From NCBI GenBank assembly GCA_036393115.1, contig DASVWR010000075.1, forward strand, positions 11,774 to 75,773: a DNA stretch of 64,000 bases, read 5' to 3'. Under the pieces are notes generated by a model, which was given only the letters and a program-made list of their open reading frames with translations, did no database searches and had not been told where the DNA came from. Shown piece after piece: positions 28,562-38,692 of this stretch. Numbering within the stretch: position 1 is the first letter of the stretch; each line of letters starts with the position of its first letter. The stretch comes from Casimicrobiaceae bacterium (GTDB taxonomy: Bacteria > Pseudomonadota > Gammaproteobacteria > Burkholderiales > Casimicrobiaceae). The position numbers and the translations under genes are program-made.

Positions 28562-29764
28562 TCAGTGCAATCCGTACAGCATTGCGCGCGTGAATGCGCG
28601 GCGCGCAGGCGCAACGAGATCGAGCAGCACGAGGCCGGCGCCGCGCACCGCGGAGGCGACCGGAACGCGGTTTCCGAACACGCGTACGAGCCCGTCGGTG
28701 AAGAGGATGCCTGCGTTGCGATCGACGCGCCGGCTGCGCCGATGCGCTGCAAGCATCGCGTCACCGCCGATCTCTGCCCGCGGCGTCCGCTCGATCGTTC
28801 GGGCGAGCTCCCACGCATCGCGCAGGCCGAGGTTGAAGCCCTGGCCCGCGATCGGGTGCAGCGATTGCGCCGCATTGCCGATCACCGCGACGCGGGGAGC
28901 CGTGGTCGTCGATGCGACGTCGAGCGCCAGCGGAAAGCTGCGCCGCGCGCCGACTCCGGCGAAGCGCTCGACGCGCGAGCCGAAATGCCGCGCCAGCGCG
29001 TCGAGGAACGCGGTCTCGGGCATCGTTATCGACCGTTCGGCATCGGATGGAGTCTGCGTCCAGACGAGCGCGTAATGATCGCGCTCGGGCAAGAGCGCAA
29101 TCGGCCCGTCGGCGGTGAAGCGCTCGTAGGCGATGCCGCGATGCGGAGCGGAAAGCGCGAGCGGCGCGATCAGCGCGACCTGCCGGTAGTCGCGTCGCCG
29201 GCGCGAGACGCCGTCGACCGCCGCACCGGCACCGTCGGCGACGACAGCGAGCCTCGCCTCGATCGAACCCGCCGCGGCACCGGAAAGCGCAAGCGACGCG
29301 TGATCGGCCGATGCTTCGACGCGGGTCGCCTCGGTGCCGAAGCGGAGCTCGACCTTCGTCGCGGCGAGCGCGTCGTCGAGCGCAGCCGAGAGCGCGCGGT
29401 ACGACACGACGTAACCGAGCGCCGGCAACGCGAGCTCGCTCGCTTCGAGGCGCGTCGCACCGAAACCCTGCGCCTGCGACACGTCGATCGCGACAATCGG
29501 GGTCACCGCCCCGGCGATCGCAGCGACGCGCGGCCAGACGCCGAGGCGCTCGAAGATCAGGCGTGCGCCGTGCGACAGCGCGAGCGAGCGGTCGGCCCGC
29601 CCCGCTTCGCCCGAGGCGCGCGGATCGATCGCGACGACATCGAGGCCGGTGCCGGACTGCGCGAGCGCGAGCGCGAGCGTCGCGCCGACCGGTCCGGCGC
29701 CGACGATCGCGACGTCACGCCGCGCGTCGGGTGAGCGCACCGCAGGCCGCCTCGACGTCGGCAA
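28562..29764 (-). CDS. ubiH: UbiH/UbiF/VisC-family FAD-dependent ubiquinone biosynthesis hydroxylase
   Basis: DVAIVGAGPVGATLALALAQ (GxGxxG) and GNAAQSLHPIAGQGFNLGLRDA. It follows pepP as in E. coli pepP-ubiH. The start is uncertain (29764 or GTG 29740), and both overlap the pepP 3' end. Confidence 0.85.
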   Translation of the reverse strand: MPTSRRPAVRSPDARRDVAIVGAGPVGATLALALAQSGTGLDVVAIDPRASGEAGRADRSLALSHGARLIFERLGVWPRVAAIAGAVTPIVAIDVSQAQGFGATRLEASELALPALGYVVSYRALSAALDDALAATKVELRFGTEATRVEASADHASLALSGAAAGSIEARLAVVADGAGAAVDGVSRRRRDYRQVALIAPLALSAPHRGIAYERFTADGPIALLPERDHYALVWTQTPSDAERSITMPETAFLDALARHFGSRVERFAGVGARRSFPLALDVASTTTAPRVAVIGNAAQSLHPIAGQGFNLGLRDAWELARTIERTPRAEIGGDAMLAAHRRSRRVDRNAGILFTDGLVRVFGNRVPVASAVRGAGLVLLDLVAPARRAFTRAMLYGLH

Positions 29765-31052
29765 CGCTCTTCGGCGTCGCTCCGGTCAGGTTCTCCACTC
29801 CGTCGGCGGTGACGAGGACATCGTCCTCGATGCGCACGCCGATGTTCCAGTACCGTTCGGGCACGTCGTCGGCGGGACGGATGTACGCTCCGGGCTCGAC
29901 GGTGAGCACCATCCCGGGGGCGAGGCGCACCGATTCGCCGTCCTGCCGGTAGGGCCCGGCATCGTGGACATCCATCCCGAGCCAGTGCCCGGCGCGGTGC
30001 ATGTAGAAGCGCTTGTAGGTGCCCTGCTCGAGCGCGGCGTCGAGCGGACCCGCGACGAGCCCCAGGTCGATGAAGCCCTGCGCGAGGACCCGCTCGGCCA
30101 CCGCGTGATAGTCGTGGAACGGCACTCCCGGCTTCAGCGAGTCGATGCACGCGAGCTGCGCCGCGAGCACGAGCTCGTACACCGCGCGCTGCGCTCCGGT
30201 GAACGCGCCATCGACGGGAAAGGTGCGCGTGATGTCCGATGCGTATCCCTGGTACTCGCAACCGGCGTCGATCAGCAACAGGTCGCCGGACTGCATCTGC
30301 CGGTTGTTGTCGCGATAGTGCAGCACGCACGCATTGGGTCCCGACGCGACGATCGACGAGTACGCCACCGACTGTGCGCCTTGCGCGAGGAACTCGTGGG
30401 CGAGCTCGGCCTCGACTTCGTACTCGTGCGCTCCCGGCCGCGCGCGCTCCATCGCGCGCCGATGGGCGCCCCCGGAAATCGCGCATGCGCGGCGGATCAG
30501 CGCAAGCTCGTGCGCGTCCTTGACGAGGCGCATCGAATCGAGCACCGAGCGCACGTCGACGACCTCCGCTGGGGCGGACACGCCGCTCCGCGCACGCTCG
30601 CGGACGGTGTTCAGCACCTCGATCATCCGGCGATCCCAGTCCGGATAGAGACCGAGCGGCGCATAGAGCGCCGGCCGATTCGCGGCGAGATCGGGAAGCC
30701 GCGTTGCGAGCTCCGAGATCGGGTATGTCTCGTCGAAGCCGAAGACCTCGCGGGCCGCCTCGGGTCCGTAGCGGAAACCGTCCCAGATCTCGCGCTCTTC
30801 GTTGCGCTCGCGGCAGAACAGCACGTGGCGATCGCCGTCCGGCGCCGCGACGAGCGCGACAATGGCTTCGGGCTCGGGAAAGCCCGACAGGTAATAGAGA
30901 TAGCTGTCGTGGCGATACGGGTACAGCGAATCGCGATTGCGCGCAACTTCCGCCGCGGTCGGCACGAGCGCCAGGCCTCCGCCGCTCTTGCTGCGCATCG
31001 CTGCGATCAGCGCGTTGCGGCGCGATCGGTAGACCTGGTGAGCGTGATCCAT
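29715..31052 (-). CDS. pepP: Xaa-Pro aminopeptidase (aminopeptidase P)
   Basis: ATG at 31052 (MDHAHQVYRSRRNALIAAM...). Metal ligand motifs are DAGCEYQGYASDITRT, HRAGHWLGMDVHD, VLTVEPG and GVRIEDDVLVT. Confidence 0.9.
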   Translation of the reverse strand: MDHAHQVYRSRRNALIAAMRSKSGGGLALVPTAAEVARNRDSLYPYRHDSYLYYLSGFPEPEAIVALVAAPDGDRHVLFCRERNEEREIWDGFRYGPEAAREVFGFDETYPISELATRLPDLAANRPALYAPLGLYPDWDRRMIEVLNTVRERARSGVSAPAEVVDVRSVLDSMRLVKDAHELALIRRACAISGGAHRRAMERARPGAHEYEVEAELAHEFLAQGAQSVAYSSIVASGPNACVLHYRDNNRQMQSGDLLLIDAGCEYQGYASDITRTFPVDGAFTGAQRAVYELVLAAQLACIDSLKPGVPFHDYHAVAERVLAQGFIDLGLVAGPLDAALEQGTYKRFYMHRAGHWLGMDVHDAGPYRQDGESVRLAPGMVLTVEPGAYIRPADDVPERYWNIGVRIEDDVLVTADGVENLTGATPKSVADVEAACGALTRRAA

Positions 31053-31085
31053 CGCTGATCTCTCGCACGAAGACGGGAAGCTCGC

Positions 31086-31093
31086 ATTATAGT
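31086..31093. promoter_or_regulatory. Overlapping divergent -10-like elements between pepP and the 5-FCL gene
   Basis: The sequence attatagt reads TATAAT on the minus strand (34 nt upstream of the pepP ATG) and TATAGT on the plus strand (60 nt upstream of the 5-FCL ATG). Confidence 0.25.
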
Positions 31094-31153
31094 TATGTCG
31101 TGCACAGCAAAGAGCGATCCGGATCGGCGGGCGGCGACGCCCCGCCGGCGCGC

Positions 31154-31762
31154 ATGCCCCGGCAACCGGCACCGCTGCGCGCGGCCAAGGAGGCGCTGCG
31201 CGCGCAGATTGTCGCGGCACGCCTCGCGCTGCCTCTCCGCGAGCACGCGGCGCGATCACAGGCCATCGCGCAACGCCTCGCCGCCCTCGCCTCGTGGCAG
31301 CGCGCTCGTGCCGTGCTGCTGACGCTCCCGGTACGCGGCGAGTGGGATGCGAGCCTCGTCGCGCGCGCCGCACTCGCGACGGGCAGGATGGTCGTTCTGC
31401 CGCGCGTCGATGCGCCGGCACGGATGCTCGCGCTCCACCGGATCGACGATCTCGCGCGCGACGTCGCTCCCGGCCGCCACGGCATCCCCGAGCCGCGACC
31501 GGAGTGCGAGCCGATCGCTCCGGATGCCATCGACTGGGTGCTGGTCCCCGGCGTTGCGTTCGATACGCTCGGTCACCGCCTCGGCTACGGCGGCGGCTAT
31601 TACGATCGGCTGCTGCCTCTGCTCGCACCGGGGGCCGCGCGGGTCGCCGGGGCATTCGAGCTGCAGATTGTCGACGCGGTCCCGCACGCCGCGCACGATC
31701 TGCCGGTCGACGCGATCGTCACCGAATCGCGCCAGATCGGGGTGCGGCCAGGCAAGGCATGA
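31154..31762 (+). CDS. 5-formyltetrahydrofolate cyclo-ligase
   Basis: ATG at 31154. Carries LVPGVAFDTLGHRLGYGGGYYDRLL, the YgfA/MTHFS signature. About 202 aa. Confidence 0.85.
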   Translation: MPRQPAPLRAAKEALRAQIVAARLALPLREHAARSQAIAQRLAALASWQRARAVLLTLPVRGEWDASLVARAALATGRMVVLPRVDAPARMLALHRIDDLARDVAPGRHGIPEPRPECEPIAPDAIDWVLVPGVAFDTLGHRLGYGGGYYDRLLPLLAPGAARVAGAFELQIVDAVPHAAHDLPVDAIVTESRQIGVRPGKA

Positions 31763-32967
31763 CGGCGGCGCGCACCGCGCGCACCGCGCTCGTCGCGACG
31801 CTCGCGATCCAGATCTACACGTCGTTCGGCGCCACCGCGACCGCGGTCCTCGCGCCCGAGATCGCGAGCGCATTCGGCATCGACGCGCGCTGGATCGGCC
31901 TCTTCGTCGGCATTGTGTACGCCGGGGCCATGCTCGCGGGCCTCGCGAGTGGAGGCTTCATCGAGCGCTTCGGCTCGATCCGCGTCTCGCAGGGGGGCGT
32001 TGCGCTGTGCGCCGCCGCGACGCTCGCGGTCGCCGTGACACCGCAACGACTTCCCGAAGCGCTCGCCGCCGCCGCGCTGGTGATGGGGCTGGGCTACGGG
32101 CCAATCACCCCTGCATCGTCACAGTTGCTGCAGCGCACCGCGGCACCGTCGCGGATGGCGCTCACGTTCTCGATCAAGCAGACCGGGGTGCCTGCGGGCG
32201 TTGCGCTCTCGGGCGCGCTCCTCCCGGGCCTGGCACTCGCGTTCGGCTGGCGGCCGACGTTCGTCCTCGTCGCGCTTGTCGGTGCGATCGTCGTGGCCCT
32301 CGCGCAGCCGATTCGTGCCGGGCTCGATATCGAGCGGCGCCCGCAGCGCGCGCTGTCGCTCGCCGCCATCGTCGGTCCGCTCGCGGTCCTGCGCGAATCA
32401 TCGGCGCTCCTCACGCTCGCACTGGTTTCGTTCGCGTACTCGGCGACGCAGGTATGCCTGACGAGCTTTCTCGTCGTGCATCTGACCGGAGCACTCGGAT
32501 ATCCGCTGGTTTCGGCCGGGCTGGTCCTCACCGCGACGACGATCGCCGGCGCGGTCGGCCGCATCGCGTGGGGCGTCGTTGCCGATCGCCTGCTCGCGCC
32601 GCGACGCACGCTCGGCCTCATCGGCGCGATCGCGGCTGCCTGCGCGATCGCGATGGCGCTGTCGACGCCCGGATGGCCGGTGGCCGCGATCGTCGCGCTC
32701 GCCGCCTGCTTCGGTGCGACGGCCATCGGCTGGAACGGTGTGCAGCTCGCGGAAGTGGCGCGCCTCGCTCCGCCCGGCGCCGCCGGCAAAGTCACCGGAG
32801 CGACGAGTGTCGTCACCTTCGCGGGTGTCGTCGTGGGACCGCCGCTCTTCGCAGTGCTCGCCGACTTGACGGGAAGCGACCGGGCGGGCTTCGCGATGCT
32901 CGCAGTCGCGAGCGGAGCCGCAGCTGCCGCGCTCTTTGCCCGCCGCGCGCATACAATCGCTCGATGA
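31759..32967 (+). CDS. MFS transporter
   Basis: The ATG at 31759 overlaps the 5-FCL stop (ATGA). 402 aa with about 12 hydrophobic helices (LVATLAIQIYTSFGATATAVLAPEIASAFG...). Confidence 0.8.
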   Translation: MTAARTARTALVATLAIQIYTSFGATATAVLAPEIASAFGIDARWIGLFVGIVYAGAMLAGLASGGFIERFGSIRVSQGGVALCAAATLAVAVTPQRLPEALAAAALVMGLGYGPITPASSQLLQRTAAPSRMALTFSIKQTGVPAGVALSGALLPGLALAFGWRPTFVLVALVGAIVVALAQPIRAGLDIERRPQRALSLAAIVGPLAVLRESSALLTLALVSFAYSATQVCLTSFLVVHLTGALGYPLVSAGLVLTATTIAGAVGRIAWGVVADRLLAPRRTLGLIGAIAAACAIAMALSTPGWPVAAIVALAACFGATAIGWNGVQLAEVARLAPPGAAGKVTGATSVVTFAGVVVGPPLFAVLADLTGSDRAGFAMLAVASGAAAAALFARRAHTIAR

Positions 32968-32987
32968 CGACATGACGGAGCGAAGCC

Positions 32988-35660
32988 ATGGACCGCCTTC
33001 CTGATCTCGATCCGCAGGAGACCCGCGAATGGCTCGAGGCCTTAGACGGCGTCCTCGCCTACGCCGGCCCCGACCGAGCGCAATACCTCATCGAGCAGTT
33101 GATCGATCGCGCCCGCCGCAAGGGCGCCTACCTGCCGTTCTCTGCCAACACCGCCTACATCAACACGATTCCGGAATCGGCGCAGGCAGAAATCCCCGGC
33201 GACCAGGAGATCGAGCACCGGATCCGCTCGTACACGCGCTGGAACGCGATGGCGATGGTGGTGCGCGCGAACAAGCACACCAACGTCGGTGGGCACATCG
33301 CGAGCTTCGCCTCGGCGGCGACGCTCTACGACGTCGGCTTCAATCACTTCTGGCACGGCATGTCGGACCGTCACGGCGGCGACCTCGTCTTCATCCAGGG
33401 CCATTCGTCGCCGGGAATCTACGCGCGCGCGTTCCTCCTCGGGCGGATCGACGAGAGCCAGCTCGACAACTTCCGCCAGGAAGTTGGCGGGCACGGCGTC
33501 CCCTCGTATCCGCACCCGTGGCTCGCACCTGATTTCTGGCAGTTCCCGACGGTGTCGATGGGACTCGGTCCGCTGATGGCGATCTATCAGGCGCGTTTCA
33601 TGAAATACCTCACCGACCGCGGTCTCGCGGACACGTCCGGGCGGAAGGTGTGGTGCTTCTGCGGTGACGGCGAGATGGACGAGCCCGAGTCGATGGGCGC
33701 GATCGGCATGGCCTCGCGCGAGAGCCTCGACAACCTGATCTTCGTCGTCAACTGCAACCTGCAGCGCCTCGACGGACCCGTGCGCGGCAACGGCAAGATC
33801 ATCCAGGAGCTCGAAAGCGAGTTCCGCGGCGCCGGCTGGAACGTAATCAAGGTGATCTGGGGCAGGCGCTGGGACCCGCTCCTCGCGCGCGACACGAACG
33901 GCATCCTCGAGCGCCGGATGATGGATTGCGTCGACGGCGAGTATCAGACGTTCAAGTCGAAGGACGGCGCCTTCGTGCGCGAGTATTTCTTCGATACGCC
34001 CGAGCTGAAGGCGATGATCGCGGATCTGTCCGACGACGACGTGTGGAACCTGAACCGCGGCGGGCACGATCCGTACAAGGTCTATGCCGCCTATCACGCG
34101 GCCGTCCATCATGCGGGCCAGCCGACAGTGATCCTCGCGAAGACGATCAAGGGCTACGGCATGGGCGAGGCCGGCGAGGCGCAGAACATCACGCACCAGC
34201 AGAAGAAGATGAACGTCGAAGCGATTCGCCGCTTCCGCGACCGCTTCGAGATCCCTGTTCCCGACGACCGCATCGAGGAGGTGCCGTACGTCAGGTTCGC
34301 CGAAGGCTCGCCCGAGCTCGAGTACATGCGCGCGCGCCGGATCGAGCTCGGCGGCTACGTTCCGGCACGGCGGCGGCGCACCGAGCCGTTGCCGGTGCCG
34401 CCGCTCGCCTTGTTCGAGCGCCTCACGCAGGACACCGGCGAGCGCGAGATCTCGACGACGATGGCGTTCGTGCAAATGCTGCAGATTCTCCTTCGTGACA
34501 AGGCGATCGCGAAGCACGTCGTCCCGATCGTCCCCGACGAATCGCGCACCTTCGGCATGGAGGGCCTCTTCCGCCAGCTCGGCATCTGGAACCAGCTCGG
34601 CCAGCTCTACACGCCCGAGGACCGCGAGCAACTGATGTTCTACAAGGAGGACAAGCATGGCCAGATCCTCCAGGAAGGCATCAACGAGGCGGGCGCGATG
34701 TGCGACTGGATGGCCGCGGCGAGCGCCTACTCGACGCACGGCGTGCAGGTGATTCCCTTCTACATCTTCTACTCGATGTTCGGCTTCCAGCGCTTCGGCG
34801 ATTTCGCGTGGGCCGCCGGCGACATGCGCTGTCGCGGCTTTCTCCTCGGCGGTACCGCCGGCCGCACGACACTCAACGGCGAGGGGCTGCAGCACGAGGA
34901 CGGCCATTCGCACGTGCTCTCCTCGGTGATTCCCAACTGCGTGTCGTACGACCCGACGTTTTCCTACGAGGTCGCGGTGATCATCCAGGACGGGCTGCGG
35001 CGGATGGTCGCGGGGCAGGAGGACATCTACTACTACATCACGCTCTTGAACGAGAACTACCATCATCCGGCGATGCCCGAAGGCGCCGTGCCGTCGATCG
35101 TCAAGGGCATGTATCGCTTCGCTTCGGCGCCGGCGAAGCCGAAGGTGCCGCGGGTGCAACTCCTGGGATCGGGGTCGATCTTCCGCGAGGTGATCGCCGC
35201 CGCCGCGCTGCTGAAGGACGACTGGGGTATCGAATCCGATCTCTGGAGCTGTCCGTCGTTCACCGAGCTCGCGCGCGACGGCCGCGCAGTCGAGCGCGCG
35301 AACCTGCTCGATCCGGCCGGCAAGCACGATTCCGCAGGCAAGCCTCGCGTCGCGCACGTGACAGCGTGCCTCGACGGAACGACCGGACCGGTGATCGCCG
35401 CCACCGACTACGTACGCACGTTCGCCGAGCAGATCCGGCCGTACGTCCCGCGCCGCTACGTCGTGCTCGGCACCGACGGCTTTGGGCGCTCGGACACCCG
35501 CGAGCAGTTGCGAAGCTTCTTCGAGGTCGATCGCCAGCACGTCGCGATCGCCGCGTTGAAGGCGCTCGCCGACGACGGCGCGATTCCGGCGAAACGCATC
35601 GCCGACGCGATCGCGAAGTATGGCCTCGATCCGACGAAGCCTGCGCCATGGACGGTCTAG
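32988..35660 (+). CDS. aceE: Pyruvate dehydrogenase E1 component, homodimeric type
   Basis: 890 aa. N-terminus DPQETREWLEALDGVLAYAGPDRAQYLIEQL, ThDP motif CFCGDGEMDEPESMGAI...NCNLQRLDGPVRGN, and length typical of AceE. Confidence 0.93.
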   Translation: MDRLPDLDPQETREWLEALDGVLAYAGPDRAQYLIEQLIDRARRKGAYLPFSANTAYINTIPESAQAEIPGDQEIEHRIRSYTRWNAMAMVVRANKHTNVGGHIASFASAATLYDVGFNHFWHGMSDRHGGDLVFIQGHSSPGIYARAFLLGRIDESQLDNFRQEVGGHGVPSYPHPWLAPDFWQFPTVSMGLGPLMAIYQARFMKYLTDRGLADTSGRKVWCFCGDGEMDEPESMGAIGMASRESLDNLIFVVNCNLQRLDGPVRGNGKIIQELESEFRGAGWNVIKVIWGRRWDPLLARDTNGILERRMMDCVDGEYQTFKSKDGAFVREYFFDTPELKAMIADLSDDDVWNLNRGGHDPYKVYAAYHAAVHHAGQPTVILAKTIKGYGMGEAGEAQNITHQQKKMNVEAIRRFRDRFEIPVPDDRIEEVPYVRFAEGSPELEYMRARRIELGGYVPARRRRTEPLPVPPLALFERLTQDTGEREISTTMAFVQMLQILLRDKAIAKHVVPIVPDESRTFGMEGLFRQLGIWNQLGQLYTPEDREQLMFYKEDKHGQILQEGINEAGAMCDWMAAASAYSTHGVQVIPFYIFYSMFGFQRFGDFAWAAGDMRCRGFLLGGTAGRTTLNGEGLQHEDGHSHVLSSVIPNCVSYDPTFSYEVAVIIQDGLRRMVAGQEDIYYYITLLNENYHHPAMPEGAVPSIVKGMYRFASAPAKPKVPRVQLLGSGSIFREVIAAAALLKDDWGIESDLWSCPSFTELARDGRAVERANLLDPAGKHDSAGKPRVAHVTACLDGTTGPVIAATDYVRTFAEQIRPYVPRRYVVLGTDGFGRSDTREQLRSFFEVDRQHVAIAALKALADDGAIPAKRIADAIAKYGLDPTKPAPWTV

Positions 35661-36661
35661 CGTCAGCTTCGTCTCGCCCTCGCCGCGTCGATGCTCGCGG
35701 GTCATCGCCGCACTCTGCGACGAGACTCGCTGTGCTGGCACTCGGCGCAGTGCTGGTCGCCAGCTTTGCTCGTGCCGGTGAGGTAATCGAGGTTCCCGTC
35801 CGCGACGGTGTAACCGAAGCGGTGTTCCTGGCCCACGTGGGGAACGCTCCACCGAAGGCGATCGTGATTTCCTTCGTCGGAGGCGCGGGCGCGATCAACC
35901 TCGAACGCCGTGCGCAGCGGGGATCCGTGAGATTCGGCCACGGGTCGAACTTCCTCGTTCGCATCCGAAGCGAGCTTGCGGCAACCGACATCGTCGATGC
36001 GATCGTCGATGCGCCGAGTGACCTGCTTCCCGCAGGGATGAGCGACGCGTTCCGTAGCGGGAAGACGCACGCGGACGACATCGGCAAGGTGATCGGCGAG
36101 CTCCGGAAGCGCTTCGCTGGCGCTCCCGTCTACCTGCTCGGGACCAGCCGGGGAACCATCTCGGCAGCGAATCTCGGAGTGCGTCTCGCATCGATGATCG
36201 ACGCGGTGATCCTCACGTCGACGGTGACGCGCGCCGACCGGGTCGGTCCGGGGCTGTCGCGCTTCGACTTCGCCTCACTCACCGTTCCAGTGCTGTTCGT
36301 GCACCATGCCGACGACCAGTGCCTTTCAAGCCCGTACTCGGGCGCGCAGGCAGCGGCACGCGACAAACCGTTGATTACCGTGCGCGGAGGAGATCCCCCG
36401 CAGTCCGGACCGTGCGATGCGCTTTCGGCGCACGGCTATATCGGCCGCGAGAAAGCCACGGCCGATGCGATTCGCGCCTTCGTCCTCGGGCAGGATTACC
36501 CGCGGGAGATCTCGCTTGCGGGGGTCACGCTCGCGAAGCTCGACATTGTCCGCGAAATCGCCGGCCTGCAGCGCGGCCGGGCATACGCGTATCAGCCTTA
36601 CCTCGACGAGCTCGAAGAAGGCGGCGAAGCGGCAGTGACGGCGAAAGGCGAAGCAGCATGA
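35648..36661 (+). CDS. Secreted-looking alpha/beta-fold serine hydrolase (family unassigned)
   Basis: ATG at 35648, in frame within track ORF 34700..36661. Hydrophobic signal-like segment [20 protein letters not shown], nucleophile elbow GTSRG, later HHADDQC and SAHGY. Overlaps the aceE end by 13 nt and the rpiA start by 4 nt. Confidence 0.6.
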   Translation: MDGLASASSRPRRVDARGSSPHSATRLAVLALGAVLVASFARAGEVIEVPVRDGVTEAVFLAHVGNAPPKAIVISFVGGAGAINLERRAQRGSVRFGHGSNFLVRIRSELAATDIVDAIVDAPSDLLPAGMSDAFRSGKTHADDIGKVIGELRKRFAGAPVYLLGTSRGTISAANLGVRLASMIDAVILTSTVTRADRVGPGLSRFDFASLTVPVLFVHHADDQCLSSPYSGAQAAARDKPLITVRGGDPPQSGPCDALSAHGYIGREKATADAIRAFVLGQDYPREISLAGVTLAKLDIVREIAGLQRGRAYAYQPYLDELEEGGEAAVTAKGEAA

Positions 36662-37323
36662 CCCAGGACGAGCAAAAGCGCGCCGTCGCCCGCGAGGCAT
36701 TGAAATACGTCGTCGAAGGCGCGTGGCTCGGCGTCGGCACCGGCTCCACCGCCAACTTCTTCATCGACGAGCTCGCGAAGGTGAAGTCGCGCATCAAGGG
36801 CGCGGTCGCGAGCTCGGTCGCGACCGCCGGGCGCCTGAAGGCGCACGGCATCGAGATCGATGAGCTCAACAACGTCTCCGATCTCCCCGTCTACGTCGAC
36901 GGCGCCGACGAGGTCACTGCGCAGGGCGCGATGATCAAGGGCGGCGGCGGGGCATTGACGCGCGAGAAGATCGTCGCCGCGGTCGCGCGGAAGTTCGTCT
37001 GCATCGCCGACGCTTCGAAGAAGGTCGACATGCTGGGGAAGTTTCCGCTCCCGGTCGAGGTGATTCCGATGGCGCGAAGCTACGTCGCGCGCGAGCTCGT
37101 CCGGCTCGGCGGCTTCCCGGCGTGGCGGATGGGCTTCACCACCGACAACGGCAACGTGATCCTCGACGTCTCGGGTCTTTCGATCGTCGATCCGTTCACG
37201 CTCGAAGATCGGATCAACGGCATCGCTGGCGTCGTCACCGTGGGCCTCTTCGCGCGGCGCGGAGCGGACGTGATCCTGCTCGGTACGCCGGACGGCGTGG
37301 AGACGATCGTCCGGCAGCGCTAG
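36658..37323 (+). CDS. rpiA: Ribose-5-phosphate isomerase A
   Basis: ATG at 36658. Motifs are [33 protein letters not shown] and FPLPVEV. Confidence 0.92.
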   Translation: MTQDEQKRAVAREALKYVVEGAWLGVGTGSTANFFIDELAKVKSRIKGAVASSVATAGRLKAHGIEIDELNNVSDLPVYVDGADEVTAQGAMIKGGGGALTREKIVAAVARKFVCIADASKKVDMLGKFPLPVEVIPMARSYVARELVRLGGFPAWRMGFTTDNGNVILDVSGLSIVDPFTLEDRINGIAGVVTVGLFARRGADVILLGTPDGVETIVRQR

Positions 37324-37333
37324 AATCGCGCGC

Positions 37334-38620
37334 ATGGACGATCTGCGCGCGCCCTCGTCGGTGAACCTCGCTGCCGCGATGCATGCGATCGGTGAAGCTG
37401 CGCGCGCTGCCGCGCGCATCGTCGCGCGCGCCGATACCGCCGCGAAAGACCGCGCGCTCGAAGCGGCGGCGGCCGCTCTGCGCCGCGATGCGGCCGCGCT
37501 GAAGGATGCCAACGGTCAGGACCTGGTCCACGCGCGCGCGACCGGGTGCGACGACGCGTTCGTCGACCGGCTGACGCTCGCGGACAAGTCGATCGAGGCG
37601 ATGGCGAAGGGCCTCGAGGAGATCGTCGCGCTCCCCGACCCTGTCGGCGAGATCTCCGACCTGCGCTACCGCCCGTCCGGCATCCAGGTCGGCATGATGC
37701 GCGTGCCGCTCGGTGTGATCGGCATCGTTTACGAGTCGCGGCCGAACGTCACTGCCGACGCGGCGGCGCTGTGCCTCAAGGCCGGCAACGCGACGATCCT
37801 GCGCGGCGGGTCGGAAGCGATTCACAGCAATCGCGCGATTGCGCGCTGTATGCGCGAAGGCCTGCGTGCGGCGGACCTGCCCGAGGACGCCGTACAGCTC
37901 GTCGACACGACCGACCGCGACGCGGTGGGCCTGCTCGTCGCCGACGATGCGCACGTCGATGTCATCGTGCCGCGCGGGGGCAAGTCGCTGATCGAGCGCG
38001 TTGCGCGCGACGCGAAGGTGCCGGTGCTCAAGCACCTCGACGGCGTCTGCCACGTCTATGTCGACGCCGATGCCGACGTCGAGCAGGCAGTCGCGATCGC
38101 CGACAACGCGAAGACGCAGCGCTATTCGACGTGCAATACGATGGAGACGCTCGTCGTTCATGCTGCTGCGGCTGCCGCGACCCTGCCGCGGATCGCGGCG
38201 ATCTACGCTTCGAAGGACGTCGAGATGCGCGGCGACGAGCGCGCCCGCGCGCTCGTCCCGGCGATGAAGGTCGCGAGCGAGGACGACTGGCGCGCCGAAT
38301 ACCTTGCCCCGATCGTTGCGGTGCGCGTCGTCGATTCGCTCGACGAGGCGATCGAGCACATCGCGCGCTACGGCTCGCAGCACACCGACGCGATCGTCAC
38401 CCGCGACCATGCGAACGCGATGCGCTTCCTGCGCGAGGTCGACTCGAGCTCGGTGCTCGTCAACGCTTCGACGCGCTTCGCCGACGGCTTCGAGTACGGC
38501 CTCGGCGCCGAGATCGGCATCTCGACCAGCAAGCTGCACGCGCGCGGCCCGGTTGGGCTCGAAGGCCTCACCTGCCGCAAGTGGATCGTTCTCGGCACCG
38601 GGCAGGTCCGTAACCAGTAA
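37334..38620 (+). CDS. proA: Gamma-glutamyl phosphate reductase
   Basis: 428 aa with [39 protein letters not shown] and the catalytic-Cys region [10 protein letters not shown]. Confidence 0.95.
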   Translation: MDDLRAPSSVNLAAAMHAIGEAARAAARIVARADTAAKDRALEAAAAALRRDAAALKDANGQDLVHARATGCDDAFVDRLTLADKSIEAMAKGLEEIVALPDPVGEISDLRYRPSGIQVGMMRVPLGVIGIVYESRPNVTADAAALCLKAGNATILRGGSEAIHSNRAIARCMREGLRAADLPEDAVQLVDTTDRDAVGLLVADDAHVDVIVPRGGKSLIERVARDAKVPVLKHLDGVCHVYVDADADVEQAVAIADNAKTQRYSTCNTMETLVVHAAAAAATLPRIAAIYASKDVEMRGDERARALVPAMKVASEDDWRAEYLAPIVAVRVVDSLDEAIEHIARYGSQHTDAIVTRDHANAMRFLREVDSSSVLVNASTRFADGFEYGLGAEIGISTSKLHARGPVGLEGLTCRKWIVLGTGQVRNQ

Positions 38621-38683
38621 GGGGTCAGGTCTTGGCTCTTGCCTGGGCGCGCCGCGCCCAGGCAAGACGCAGGACCTGACCCC
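38621..38683. repeat. 63-nt compound REP-like hairpin downstream of proA
   Basis: The outer arms ggggtcaggtc (38621-31) and gacctgacccc (38673-83) enclose an inner near-perfect palindrome, tcttgcctgggcgcg-c-cgcgcccaggcaaga (38637-38667). There is no T-run after it. Confidence 0.7.
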
Positions 38684-38692
38684 CCCCACCCC

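Noticed and set aside
31053-31153. Possible 6S RNA (ssrS) upstream of the 5-formyl-THF cyclo-ligase gene, as in E. coli.
   Set aside because: The spacer is only 101 nt, whereas 6S RNA is about 180 nt. It shows no extended closing stem or central bubble pattern.
38621-38683. Classifying the proA-downstream hairpin as a standard intrinsic terminator.
   Set aside because: The stem is followed by a C-run (CCCCCCCACCCC) rather than a T-run on the + strand. It was therefore annotated as a REP-like repeat.
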